A DNA stretch of 64,000 bases from an uncultured Alphaproteobacteria bacterium (GCA_944389645.1 CALXMZ010000023.1:7445-71444), one strand, 5' to 3'. Positions 48,429-59,400 are shown, numbered from the stretch's first letter. Numbers and translations are program-made. The notes: generated by a model from the letters alone, not told the origin.

Positions 48429-49970
48429 TTATTTTGATACCCCAATAATTTCCGCGTCTTCAAATAAACTCATTGCGCTTGCTACTAGTGGGTCGGTTTC
48501 TATTTCTTTTTGCGTTTTTTCTGTCACAGTGTCTGTGTGATTTGATTCTTTCTCTTTTTCTAATACCCAATTTTTACCTGTTGTTTTTGATAACCATTCG
48601 GATAATTTATGTGGAAAATCTGCATCGTTTTTTCTATCAAAATATTTAATTTTTCCATCGGAAAACTCAATTACTTCTATATTACTACTATAATACGAGT
48701 ATAACAATATCTCCTTCGATTTCTGGAGTTCATTTGCTAAATCGTTTGCCGTTGTAATTTTAGCAGTTTGAGTTTGTTTTTGTTTTTCTTCTAAACCTAA
48801 AGTTTTTTCCGTATTTATTTTATTGTTATTTTGTTGTTTGATAATTTCTGGTATTGAAGGCATATCTGCAATGTGTATAAGTCTAATAACAAGCATATCA
48901 AAACATTGCTTTTGATTACTTGAAGATTGCATTTCTGAAACTGCTGCAACCATGACCTGCCAGATTCTTGATAAAGTATTTAAGGATATTTTTGCGTTTA
49001 TTTCTCGTATTTGTTGGCGCTGATCTGCCGTATATGGAGAAGTTGTAATTTCACCTGCTTTCAATACTGGGTGCATACGCGTCGCCCAATGCGTCCATTC
49101 CATCATATCGTTTAGTAACATGACAAGATCGGCACCGTTATTATAAATAGTGTCAACTTTTTCTAATGCAGCGGAAGTATCACCGGATAATAATGTTTTC
49201 ATAAATTCAACTACAACGCCACGATCTGTGCGTTTTAACATATCAAGAACCGCCTTTTCGTCAACGTGACCACCTGTTTGAGCAATTGCTTGGTCTAATA
49301 ATGATAAACCGTCTCGAACGGAACCATCTGCAGCTCTTGCGAGTAAATCATTTGCTGTATCTGATAATTCAATATTTTCTTGTTCTGCAATCCAAGAAAA
49401 ATGTTTTTTTAAAGTTTCAACGGGTACGCGAACTAGATCAAACCTTTGGCATCTAGATAAAATTGTTACAGGAACTTTTCTTATTTCTGTGGTTGCAAGA
49501 ATAAAGATTACGTGGGCAGGTGGTTCTTCAAGAGTTTTTAATAAAGCGTTAAATGCACTTGTTGAAAGCATGTGTACTTCGTCAATTATGTACACTTTAT
49601 AGCGTCCGTTCGTCGGTCTGTATTGTGATGCGTCTAAAATATCGCGCATATTGTCAACGCCCGTATGTGAAGCAGCGTCAATTTCTAGGACGTCTATGTG
49701 CTGACCTGCTGCAATAGCCCGACAGTTTTCGCACATTCCGCATGGTTCTGCCGTTGGACCATCAGAAGAAAGACAGTTTAAAGCTTTTGCAAGTATTCTT
49801 GCAGTGCTCGTTTTCCCCGTGCCACGTATACCCGTGAAAATATATGCGTGTGCTATACGGCCCGTTTTTATTGCAGTAGTTAATGTCTTTACTAAAACGT
49901 CTTGACCGATAAGCCCCTGAAAATTCTGACTACGGTATTTTCTTGCTAAAACTGTATAATTACTACTCAT
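48429..49970 (-). CDS. dnaX: DNA polymerase III subunit gamma/tau
   Basis: AHAYIFTGIRGTGKTSTARILAKALNC and zinc module CGMCENC. Confidence 0.95.
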   Translation of the reverse strand: MSSNYTVLARKYRSQNFQGLIGQDVLVKTLTTAIKTGRIAHAYIFTGIRGTGKTSTARILAKALNCLSSDGPTAEPCGMCENCRAIAAGQHIDVLEIDAASHTGVDNMRDILDASQYRPTNGRYKVYIIDEVHMLSTSAFNALLKTLEEPPAHVIFILATTEIRKVPVTILSRCQRFDLVRVPVETLKKHFSWIAEQENIELSDTANDLLARAADGSVRDGLSLLDQAIAQTGGHVDEKAVLDMLKRTDRGVVVEFMKTLLSGDTSAALEKVDTIYNNGADLVMLLNDMMEWTHWATRMHPVLKAGEITTSPYTADQRQQIREINAKISLNTLSRIWQVMVAAVSEMQSSSNQKQCFDMLVIRLIHIADMPSIPEIIKQQNNNKINTEKTLGLEEKQKQTQTAKITTANDLANELQKSKEILLYSYYSSNIEVIEFSDGKIKYFDRKNDADFPHKLSEWLSKTTGKNWVLEKEKESNHTDTVTEKTQKEIETDPLVASAMSLFEDAEIIGVSK

Positions 49971-50047
49971 GCTAAAACTTCCTTTTCAAGAAGCATAGCA
50001 AAACGCATTAAAATTTCAACAATTAAAGTTCAGAATGAAACCTGTTT

Positions 50048-50347
50048 TTATTTTAAATCTGTGATAAAATCAGGGAAAATGTTTTCTTCTTCGTCTGTTA
50101 CATCTGAAGATTCAATAACTTCTTCTTGAATTGCTGTTTTATCTTTCGGGTCACGCGTAGAATCTATTTTTACTTGTTCTGCGTTTACGACCCTACCATA
50201 ATGTTCTGCGGCTTGCATCAATCTTTCACGTTCAATTTCATCCGAAGTTTGACGTGCTTGGTCCATATATTGTTTTCTTTTCTGACGCCACTTATGACAA
50301 CGCTGAATCATTTGCCCGACAGACGATTGATTTTTTTTTGTTTGCAT
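50048..50347 (-). CDS. hypothetical small charged protein
   Basis: 99-aa ORF upstream of dnaX on the same strand. Confidence 0.5.
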   Translation of the reverse strand: MQTKKNQSSVGQMIQRCHKWRQKRKQYMDQARQTSDEIERERLMQAAEHYGRVVNAEQVKIDSTRDPKDKTAIQEEVIESSDVTDEEENIFPDFITDLK

Positions 50348-50442
50348 GGTTTTTCTTTATTATAAGGAAATTTATTAAACAATAACGATTTTCACCATTA
50401 TTACTCTTCAACGACACTAATTTTAAAACATCTTAAAACTGA

Positions 50443-50471
50443 TTGCAATATTTTTTTTCAGTTGCTATTCT
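50443..50471 (+). promoter_or_regulatory. putative sigma70 promoter (TTGCAA-17-TATTCT) for the giant pilin-like operon
   Basis: Hexamers at 50443-50448 and 50466-50471. A GGGAGG RBS lies at 50481-50486 before the ATG at 50493. Confidence 0.35.
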
Positions 50472-50492
50472 TAAATCTATGGGAGGAGTTTT

Positions 50493-51848
50493 ATGCAAAG
50501 GCAGAGTGGGAGTTTTTTATTACAGGCTTTGCTAGCTTTGGCTTTAATTTTTGCTTTTGTCCCGTTTTTCGCTCAGAAACTTGTGTCCAGAGATATTGAT
50601 GCTCAGATGTATTCTTCTACGCAAAAAGTAGAAACGGCTCAGACGGCGGCTAGAATTTTTATACAAGAACATGCTAATGATTTACCGTATAATACGACCG
50701 TTTTTTATGGTGAAGGTTTTTCAGATTTGTTAGAACCGTATGGTTTACCGCTGGGTTTTGTACCTCGTACTGCTTTAGGTCAAGATATTTCTTTGGTTGT
50801 TACGAAAAATGCTAATTCAGTGACGGCATATTTAAGATTAAACGGTGGGGATTTAAATAAAATGCAATTAGCTGAGTTAGTTCGGCGTATAGGTTTTTAT
50901 GCGTCTTTATCTGGTGATGAAATAATAGTCGGTTTGGGGTTAAATGAGGTTTATTCTGACGTTGTAAAAAGGAACGATAAAAATTTAGATGATAATGCTT
51001 TTTTAACGGATTTGAATATGGGCGGTTTTAGTCTTAATAATGCTGGCGATGTTTTTGCGCGTCGTGGTGAAATAGAAACGGGGCAGATTAACACCTTGTC
51101 TTTGTTCGGAGAGGAAAACGGTCGTAAGGTAAAAAATTCTATAGAGTTTTTGATATCAGAAAAAAGCGTTTTTCAGAGTCCTACAGGTGAAGCCGCGTTA
51201 TCATTATCTCGTGGTACGTTGTTAGTTGGTACTGTAAACGCTAAAACCGTATCGAAATTTGGTGATGCTGGAAATTTTACTTCTAATTCTGCATCTGTAT
51301 ATGATTTTGCTATGACTGCGGGTAGAAACAGTTTTTACGGCCCAGCCGATTGGTATGTCGGTGGAAGCGTAATTACTGATAATATTAATTTTAGTTTAGA
51401 AAGGTTGGAAATAAATTCTTATTTAAACGTTTCAAGGGGGCAGGACGTTTACATTGATCCGGATAGTTTAGAATATAGCACAAGAAGTGGTATAGAGGTT
51501 AGCAATATTTATGCATCAAATATAACGATGAGAGATCAGACTTCAGATGCTCTTAATGACGGTGAAACGGGAGCGATAATTTTAGATATTAGACCTGCGG
51601 GTACATCTTTGTTACCAGACGTGCTTTTGGATTCTATTGATAATTCTAGTTTTAAAATAATTAGTAAACCAGAAGCAGATACTTCTGACACAATAGATTG
51701 TCGATCTATAATAAATAAATTAGACGGTAACTACAATCAAAAATCTTTATCTCAGTATATAATATGTCAGTACGTATTTTGGCAAAGATTAGAAAAGCGT
51801 ATAAACATAAAACAGTGTTTAATGGAAGGTAAAAGTGGTTGCTTGTGA
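50493..51848 (+). CDS. giant pilin-like protein 1 (prepilin-type N-terminus with Q at +5; large C-terminal domain)
   Basis: MQRQSG|SFLLQALLALALIFAFVPF. 451 aa. Central LTDLNMGGFSLNNAG motif is shared with the two downstream paralogues. Confidence 0.7.
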   Translation: MQRQSGSFLLQALLALALIFAFVPFFAQKLVSRDIDAQMYSSTQKVETAQTAARIFIQEHANDLPYNTTVFYGEGFSDLLEPYGLPLGFVPRTALGQDISLVVTKNANSVTAYLRLNGGDLNKMQLAELVRRIGFYASLSGDEIIVGLGLNEVYSDVVKRNDKNLDDNAFLTDLNMGGFSLNNAGDVFARRGEIETGQINTLSLFGEENGRKVKNSIEFLISEKSVFQSPTGEAALSLSRGTLLVGTVNAKTVSKFGDAGNFTSNSASVYDFAMTAGRNSFYGPADWYVGGSVITDNINFSLERLEINSYLNVSRGQDVYIDPDSLEYSTRSGIEVSNIYASNITMRDQTSDALNDGETGAIILDIRPAGTSLLPDVLLDSIDNSSFKIISKPEADTSDTIDCRSIINKLDGNYNQKSLSQYIICQYVFWQRLEKRINIKQCLMEGKSGCL

Positions 51849-53031
51849 TATAAGATTTTTATCTAAAGAATCGAATGGTGCTAGCGTGCTAGAAGTATTA
51901 TTAGCTATGGCGATAATAGCTATGGCTACACCATTTGTTTATGACCATGTATCAGAGACGAATATGGCGTTGAAAGATATGGCAGAAGCAAAAAAAATAA
52001 TTGCTTTGCAGGACGACGTATTAAATTTTGTTCGATTGAACCAAGGTAATTGGCCAGAAGTTGCACAGATAAAACTATCTGAAGAAGAGCTTGATAGTAT
52101 ATCTGAAAAACCTTCTGTGTGTTTCGTTGATAAATATGTAATAAATGGAGGAAGCGTCACAGACGTTTATTTATCTTTTGATTTAAAAGATACGCAGTTA
52201 AGGGTATCGCGGATTGCAAAGCATATAGGAGCAGATGCGGCTGTTGTAGGTCTAGATGGTGTTGCGTATGGTGATTCTTGGGCAGTTGCGGCGCCAGAGT
52301 TTAAATATGGTGATTTGATATATAGAATATCCAAAGATATAGACGGTGAAGATAAAACGAAATATTTACATCGTACGGGTATGGGTGATGAGAATTTAAA
52401 CATGATGTTGCGTGATTTAAATATGGGGGGGAATAATATATTTAATGTTGGTGGTGTACAGTCAAAAACTTTAGAAATAAGGAACCTTGCGACACAATTT
52501 ATAGAAGTTGGTAACATAATGTCCGATGCAATATATTTTTCTTCTGGGGCTACTTTATACGGTGATACGGCCAATATAGAAAATTTGCGGGTAACAGGAG
52601 ACGTTTCGGGTTTTCGTAATATTTATGCTGATACATTAAACGGTGAAAAGTATACCACTAGGGGAAGTATAATAACGGATAGAGCCACAATAAATAATTC
52701 AGTTAATATATCGAATAATTTTATTTTAAAATCTGATGAAGCAAGAACGATAAGTGGTTTTACCGGTATAATTGCACATTCTGTAGATACTTCTTCAATT
52801 TCTGCAGAAGAGATCGTTTTTTATGAAGATTTTGGTTTAACGGTATCTGGGGAATTGTTGATGTCTACGACGGCTCCATTAAGAATTGGTAGTTGGACGT
52901 TTCCTTCTCTTACGCCACCTTCTTTTTATTATCTGGAGCTAAGTAGGGCAAAAATTCCAAGTCTTCCACCGGCAAATGAATTTGGTATAATTTTATCAGA
53001 AGGATGGCAGACGGCTGTACCCAAGGAATAA
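51835..53031 (+). CDS. giant pilin-like protein 2 (prepilin-type N-terminus, E at +5)
   Basis: ...SKESNG|ASVLEVLLAMAIIAMATPF; motif LRDLNMGGNNIFNVGG; 398 aa; GTG start overlapping gene 1. Confidence 0.65.
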   Translation: MVACDIRFLSKESNGASVLEVLLAMAIIAMATPFVYDHVSETNMALKDMAEAKKIIALQDDVLNFVRLNQGNWPEVAQIKLSEEELDSISEKPSVCFVDKYVINGGSVTDVYLSFDLKDTQLRVSRIAKHIGADAAVVGLDGVAYGDSWAVAAPEFKYGDLIYRISKDIDGEDKTKYLHRTGMGDENLNMMLRDLNMGGNNIFNVGGVQSKTLEIRNLATQFIEVGNIMSDAIYFSSGATLYGDTANIENLRVTGDVSGFRNIYADTLNGEKYTTRGSIITDRATINNSVNISNNFILKSDEARTISGFTGIIAHSVDTSSISAEEIVFYEDFGLTVSGELLMSTTAPLRIGSWTFPSLTPPSFYYLELSRAKIPSLPPANEFGIILSEGWQTAVPKE

Positions 53032-53033
53032 AT

Positions 53034-54356
53034 ATGAAACTATCAAAGTTTAAAAAATTTTATAAGGTAAAAGAACAATGTGGTAGCATGTTGATTGAGC
53101 TATTAATGAGTGTTGCTTTAGCCGCCGTAATTATGCCCTTTATTTTTAGATATCAAAAAAATGCAATTGTCAGAGCAGAAAATATAACGATTGCTCGTCA
53201 TATGGAGAATATTCAGAGTGCGCTGGAACGCTACATTTTTGAAAATAGAGAGGTTTTATTAAATACTGTAGGAAAAAATATTACAAGAGTAAATATTTCA
53301 GATTTGGTAGATTATGGTATTCCGATAGATTTTATTAATGAGTCAGGTAAAAATTATCAATTAAGAATTCTGAAATCGAATGATATAGATGGTAAGGCCA
53401 CGTTACAGGGGGTAGTGGTTTTTTCTTCCGAGGACGTTTCTCCATTAAGAACGCGTGAAATAGTTGCTTTAGGAGGGGATTCCATGGGGATCATAGAAGG
53501 TAATCGTGCTTATGGTACATTTGGTGCATGGCACGCAGACACGGTAGATCTAGGAGTAAACGTTGCTGGTGGTATAGTAGAAACAACGGCTGTTAATCGT
53601 GATAATGATTTATATTTATGGCGTGTACCATCTGAAAAGGATTCTGATGCGACAATGTTAACTGGTTTAAATCTGGGTGGGCATAACATAAAAGATACTT
53701 ATCTTTTCGGAGCTTCTTCGGTACAAATTGATGAGAATTTGGTTGCTGGTGCAATTGTAGCAAAGGATACGATATTTCAAAATAGAGTTACGATAGATAA
53801 AAATTTTGAAACAACGAATGCTACTGTATCGGGGATTTTATCGGCAGATTCTAGAACGTTAGAGGTTGTAAAAAGTTTTAATTTAGATGATACGGCAAAA
53901 TTTTCAAGTTTTACTACGAATGATTTGTGGGTAAATAATATGACGTTAGGTGGTCTTTCTGTTTATACAGAAGACGGTGGTCCATCTGTATTGAAAGTTA
54001 ATAATTCAATAGATATGACGGATGGAAGAATAGATGCGATGTATGTTACAGTTGGTTTTACAGGTTCTATTACTCCTAGGTTAGTAGTTTCGAATAGAAT
54101 AGAAGATTCTATTAATTCAAATTATTTTTGGGACGCAAGTATGAGGGAAGCTAAATTTTTTGATGTTTCTTTACAAGAATTGAATCGTATGGCAAGTGAA
54201 GTTGTTTATATTGAATCTGGGAAAAACACAGAATCTGGTAAATTATTTGAAGCTGTATCTATCAATAAAAATGCAACGGTTTCAGATTATATAAATGTGA
54301 TACAAGAAATCCAAAATAATGTAACTGTAAAATATAGAAAGTTGAATTTGGAATAA
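53034..54356 (+). CDS. giant pilin-like protein 3 (prepilin-type N-terminus, E at +5)
   Basis: ...KEQCG|SMLIELLMSVALAAVIMPF; motif LTGLNLGGHNIKD; 440 aa; AAGGAA RBS. Confidence 0.7.
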   Translation: MKLSKFKKFYKVKEQCGSMLIELLMSVALAAVIMPFIFRYQKNAIVRAENITIARHMENIQSALERYIFENREVLLNTVGKNITRVNISDLVDYGIPIDFINESGKNYQLRILKSNDIDGKATLQGVVVFSSEDVSPLRTREIVALGGDSMGIIEGNRAYGTFGAWHADTVDLGVNVAGGIVETTAVNRDNDLYLWRVPSEKDSDATMLTGLNLGGHNIKDTYLFGASSVQIDENLVAGAIVAKDTIFQNRVTIDKNFETTNATVSGILSADSRTLEVVKSFNLDDTAKFSSFTTNDLWVNNMTLGGLSVYTEDGGPSVLKVNNSIDMTDGRIDAMYVTVGFTGSITPRLVVSNRIEDSINSNYFWDASMREAKFFDVSLQELNRMASEVVYIESGKNTESGKLFEAVSINKNATVSDYINVIQEIQNNVTVKYRKLNLE

Positions 54357-54375
54357 AATATGCTATGATCGTCAT

Positions 54376-54876
54376 ATGAAAACAGTATGTGACTTTTGTA
54401 AAACAGAATATTCGTTGGAATCTTTTCCGAAAGGTGCGGTTAAATGTGCCGTATGTGGTAACGTTTGGACGGTTGTAAAACCCATAAGGAAGAACGCTTT
54501 TTTGACTTTTATAGCAGCATTGTGTGCGTTACTTGCAGCAATTGTTTTTGCTGTTGTAGCTGTTACGAAGCATCAGATAAATGTAATAGAAAAAGAACCG
54601 TTAGTTGCAGAAATTCAAGAAATAAATACGATAAACGATGAAAATGGGAGGGAGCGTTTCGTTGTAAGTGGAATTGTTCGTAATCGTTCTGAGCATATTT
54701 ATGGGGCTCCGAACCTTATAATAAATACATATGATGAAAATGGTAAAATAATAGACAGACAGAAATTTTTACCTCCTGCAACGTTATTAGATTCTGGGTC
54801 AGTTGTAAACTTTGGGCATATTTTATCTGTGCCGACTCAGAACGTAAAAAAAATTTCGGTTGAGTTAGAAAATTAG
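54376..54876 (+). CDS. MJ0042-type zinc-ribbon / DUF3426-like membrane protein
   Basis: MKTVCDFCKTEY...VKCAVCGNVW (two CxxC) followed by a TM (FLTFIAALCALLAAIVFAVVAV) and a periplasmic domain. Confidence 0.65.
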   Translation: MKTVCDFCKTEYSLESFPKGAVKCAVCGNVWTVVKPIRKNAFLTFIAALCALLAAIVFAVVAVTKHQINVIEKEPLVAEIQEINTINDENGRERFVVSGIVRNRSEHIYGAPNLIINTYDENGKIIDRQKFLPPATLLDSGSVVNFGHILSVPTQNVKKISVELEN

Positions 54877-54885
54877 GGGGAGGTT

Positions 54886-55386
54886 ATGAAAAAGTCGTTA
54901 CTATTTATTTTCTGTGTTCATTTTTGTTTGTTTAGTGCTTTTGCGGCTGAGCATAAACCTAGAATACAGCCGCAGCAACCGCAGCAGCCACAACAGCCGC
55001 GCATAAGTATATTTTCGACAAGTACTGACTGGGAGGGGCTTACAGGTTTGTCGTATCATGAGTATCATGGTAAAATTACTCCATCTACGAATCTTGTAGG
55101 TAATAAGGGTTTGGTATTGTATTACTTAGATGGTTTTCCTTGTTACGGGCTAGGCGAGGGTGTTAGAGTTTGGTTGGGGCCGAATGATAAACATGATGGA
55201 GAGCTTCGTATTGCATGTATTTATCCGCCAAAAGAAATAAAATTCACATGGAGAAACGCAACTCGTGATGCAGACGAAGCTGTTAGTACTGGTTTGTTGG
55301 TATGCTCAGTTGAAGACGATGGCAGAGAATTAAAAATAAATTTATCGGATTGTAAAAAAGGTGAAAACTGGGAAGATTATAAATAG
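54886..55386 (+). CDS. secreted hypothetical protein with a PQQ tripeptide repeat
   Basis: Signal peptide; PQQPQQPQQP; 6 Cys. Confidence 0.55.
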   Translation: MKKSLLFIFCVHFCLFSAFAAEHKPRIQPQQPQQPQQPRISIFSTSTDWEGLTGLSYHEYHGKITPSTNLVGNKGLVLYYLDGFPCYGLGEGVRVWLGPNDKHDGELRIACIYPPKEIKFTWRNATRDADEAVSTGLLVCSVEDDGRELKINLSDCKKGENWEDYK

Positions 55387-55394
55387 GTTTGTGT

Positions 55395-56354
55395 ATGGGG
55401 GATGATTTAACTTTTATTGCTTTACAATCAGATATAGGTATAAGACTGGATAAGTTCTTAGTTGGGAAAATGCCTAGTTTTTCGCGTAATGAAATTCATG
55501 GTTTTGACGTAAGTGTGAATGGGAAGATTTGCAAATTTTCTCAGCGGTTACGCGAAGGTGATGTTGTGTCTGTGCTTGTAAAAAAGCGAGAATCAAATAT
55601 TGCTTCGGATAATGTGTCTTCTACTTTTGATTTAGATATATTGTATGAAGATGATGATATAATTGTTATAAATAAACCTCGTGGGGTTGTAATGTACCCG
55701 TCTGCTGGTAATAAGACTGGAACGTTAGTGCAAAATTTATTGTCGTATACGAAATTATCTTCTTTGGGGGGAGAAATTCGCCCAGGTGTTGTTCACCGTC
55801 TTGACAAAGATACAAGCGGAGTAATGGTTTTTGCAAAAACTGATGAAGCATATAAAGGGTTAGTTAAGATTTTTTCTAATCATAATTTGGTAAGAAAGTA
55901 TATATGTTTCGTATGGGGGGTTCCTAATTGGGAAAGTGCCGATATAACTGGTAATATTGCTAGGTCTTCTAGGAATAGGCAAAAGATGAGTATGGTAAAA
56001 ACAGGTGGTAAACCTGCTCAGACTAAAGTAACTGTATTAGATACTTGGTCTCATGCGGGGGTTTCATTATTTAGATGCAGTCTTTTAACTGGTCGGACTC
56101 ATCAGATAAGAGTACATTTATCCGCGCACGGTTTTCCGATTTTATGTGATCCTGTTTACGGTCGTGGAAATTCTCGTTTAGGTAGCGTAAAAGATATAGA
56201 TTTATTAAATTTTATTAAATCTAATAACGGTCAGATGTTACATGCAGAATTTCTAGAATTTAAACATCCTGTTACGGGTAAAGAGTTATGTTTTAAAAGT
56301 CATATACCTGATGATATGGAGTCATTAAGATCTATATTAAATTCTATCGGGTAA
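55395..56354 (+). CDS. rluD: 23S rRNA pseudouridine synthase, RluA family (RluD/RluC-like)
   Basis: S4 domain, HRLDKDTSGVMVFAKT catalytic motif; ATG at 55395. Confidence 0.8.
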   Translation: MGDDLTFIALQSDIGIRLDKFLVGKMPSFSRNEIHGFDVSVNGKICKFSQRLREGDVVSVLVKKRESNIASDNVSSTFDLDILYEDDDIIVINKPRGVVMYPSAGNKTGTLVQNLLSYTKLSSLGGEIRPGVVHRLDKDTSGVMVFAKTDEAYKGLVKIFSNHNLVRKYICFVWGVPNWESADITGNIARSSRNRQKMSMVKTGGKPAQTKVTVLDTWSHAGVSLFRCSLLTGRTHQIRVHLSAHGFPILCDPVYGRGNSRLGSVKDIDLLNFIKSNNGQMLHAEFLEFKHPVTGKELCFKSHIPDDMESLRSILNSIG

Positions 56355-56424
56355 AATTATTAATATTTTTTCTAAAAATTATGATGATCAGATAGATATT
56401 TCCCTTTATCAAAAAATATTTTTA

Positions 56425-56433
56425 TGTTATAAT
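56425..56433 (+). promoter_or_regulatory. putative extended -10 element (TGtTATAAT)
   Basis: It lies 27 nt upstream of the ATG at 56460; GGAG RBS at 56448-56451. Confidence 0.35.
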
Positions 56434-56459
56434 GACTCAATAAGTATGGAGTGAGTCTA

Positions 56460-59400
56460 ATGAGTCTTCTAAAAAAAACGATTGGATTTTTAGCTGTTTG
56501 TAGTGCATTACCAGAAGCTTTTGCTTTAACTGCACGTCCCAGTGTTATTGGTAATGCATCAATGCGTATGCCGACTATGACGGCATATAATTCAGGAAGT
56601 ACGTCTTCGACAACGACATCAAATTTGTTGGAAAATTCAGAATGTATAGATGCGTATACCAGTTGCTTAAAGGGTAGTGATGTTTGTGGAAATGATTTTG
56701 AGGAATGTACAAACAAAACTTTGTTTTTTTCTAAAAGACCATTGTGCTCAAGTACTTTATTGCAATGCAGTACTTCTGGTATAAATGCGTTGTTCGGAAC
56801 CAGCAACCAAACATTGTTTGCGAATAAAGATTCTGATGATGAGTATGTTTATCCTACAGATGGTAGTGTATTGGGGCAGTTGATAGAAGCAGCTTCAATT
56901 AGCAATCGTTATGATACAAGTACGTGCGTTAAAAGGTATACAAGTTGTTTAACAAAATCTGACGTTTGCGGTTCTGATTTTGAATTATGTACAAGTAATA
57001 CAGAATTTAAGAAACAAAAATTGTTTTGTGAATCTACGTTAGCTCGTTGTCAGTCAGAGGGGATTCAAGAGTTATTTGGTACAACAAGTACTGCATCTAA
57101 CCCCACAAGTAACAGTCGTATAGGTATAATGATTTCAGAAGGTGCTGCACTTGCGGCAGTAAACGCAGTTTCTACTTGTTATAAAGTTATTGATCAATGT
57201 TTCTTAAATGCCTGTGCTACGAACCCGTATAAGTGTAAAGAAGGGAGCTCACAAGAAATTATAAAATATGTAGAAAATGTAAATAATACAGATGGTACTT
57301 TGATAAGTACGGCGACAAATGATCTAGTTCAAACTACAATTAGTCGTAACGAAGTTTCAGGGTTTATAAAAAATTCGTGTTTGGATACGATAGGTTCAAA
57401 TAAATATTGTTATGCCACGTTTTTGGGGAACGGAGTAATGCCTTCGAATGCGCAGTTGCGTGATGCGGATAATCAAGATGAAATTTATTCTGAAGCATAT
57501 TCTTCTAGAATGAACGATTCTATGCGTGCAAAAATAGATGATTTAATAGAACAATTTGACAAAAAAGTTAAAGAGCGTTGTTCTGAAACCATTGTTTCTT
57601 GTGCAATGCGTGCTTGCGGTGAAGGAAGTGGAGCTGCATGTTATGCTTCTGCTTTTAATAGTGCTAATAAAGTAAAAGGTGTTACAAATCCTTCTACTAT
57701 GGAAGGTATAAAATTAGGTTGTGAAGCTTCTGTAAATAATGATACTGCTTGTCAATATGCTGCAGCTACATTTGATACTGCAACTGGGGCTTTAATATTT
57801 GAAGAAAATAGTTTGTTTGATAAATTATTTACTGCTCCGGATGATACAGATGCTAAAAATCCAGATCCTGTTGGTGCGGTTGCAACTTTAAACGCAAGAT
57901 TATCTACTTCTTATAATCAGGCAGCTTTAGATCAGATGAAAAAGCAATGTCAATCAATTGCGACAAGTTGCGTTAAATCTATGTGCGGAACAGATTATCA
58001 AAATTGTTATCGTAATCGTACGGATATATATTCTACATTAACAAACACAGGTAATGATAATTTTGATAAAAGTATGAACAAGGTTGGTGGCGTGTTAGAT
58101 CATACGATTGTTTTAGGATTGTGCTTAAATACTGTTAAAAATAATTCTGTATGTGAAGAACATATAAAAGCTGAAATGGCGAGGAGTTCCGCAAATTCTT
58201 CTTATAATGTTAATTCTTGGGGAAGCGGTATAACAAGTGCCAGAGAAGGTTGGTTGGATGCCGGTAATTATAGCATTACTGCAGAAGTTCAAGATATCGA
58301 TGCTGATGGGAATTTATTATGTACTACTGCAGAAAACGGTGATGGTGTAGAGGGGCGTTGCGATGATGCCAGTGGACAATATATATATCCAAAGATGGTT
58401 TCTCAGACAACGTACGCAGAAAATCTTGCTGAAAGACAAGTTTTTCGTGATTTGATTTCGGATTTGGAAATGGAAGCTCAGGCAAAATATAATGCGAAGT
58501 TAACTAAACAACAGAATATGTGTATGTCTGGTAATGCTGGTGGTATAATCGGCAATAAAGACATGGGCAGTACATATATGTGGGTAAAACTTAAAAATAA
58601 TAAGATACCTTCAAATTATACGGTTAACGGTCTAACTTCTGATAGTTTCGTTGCAAGTAACGATTTGTATGGTTCATTCTGCCGTATACGTATAACAATA
58701 CAATCTGATGATAAAACGATACAGGAAGCTATACGTGCTGGAACGGATTGGGCGACGGCTTATTTTGCAGCAGGTGATTCATTTACTTGTGGAAGCTGGA
58801 TACCTGCAAGCGTATTAAATACTTTAAGTCAATCTGTAGGGGATGCTGCAAGAGCAGATGCTAAAGATTCTCAAGTCAGAGCGTTGCAGTGGATTATGCC
58901 CTTAATAGGTACTGTCGGTGGTACTGTTGGTGGTGCTTACTTAGGAAGCGGTATTCAACAGGGTAAAATTTTATCCGGCTTAACAGGTAAATCTAATAAT
59001 TCTAACAGCTCCAATGTTAACAAAGAAACTTTGAGTAAAAATTGTCAGGATTCATTAACAGAAGCTAAGTCAAATGCCAATAGCGGTGATATAAATACGT
59101 TAAATAGAAATACTCAGCTTGCGGTTGCTTATGCAAAAGAATTGGGGGTTCATCAAGACTATTTGAATGATTTGACAACTGCTTATACAAAAATGAGTTC
59201 TGTTTATAATAATCAGGGTGAAATGAAAGATGATGAATATTCTAAAGCCAAAGAAGATGCAAAAACAGATTATTTAAATAAGTTAGAAGATTTAAATTCT
59301 CAGTGTAAGATATATGCTATATCTGAAGATTCGTCAAATAAGGATGATAAACAACACAAAGTTGCGACAGGTGTAGGTGCGGCTGTTGGTGGTGTCTTGG

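Noticed and set aside
48625-48645. A AAA AAC heptamer in dnaX, considered as a programmed -1 frameshift site (gamma subunit)
   Set aside because: It lies near the C-terminus (about aa 445 of 513). No downstream stem-loop or SD-like stimulator was seen, and it is not at the conserved position.
54970-55005. PQQPQQPQQP-encoding 9-bp imperfect repeats, considered as a phase-variable SSR
   Set aside because: The repeat units are imperfect (cagcaaccg / cagcagcca / caacagccg), so slippage is unlikely. It is more likely a low-complexity linker.
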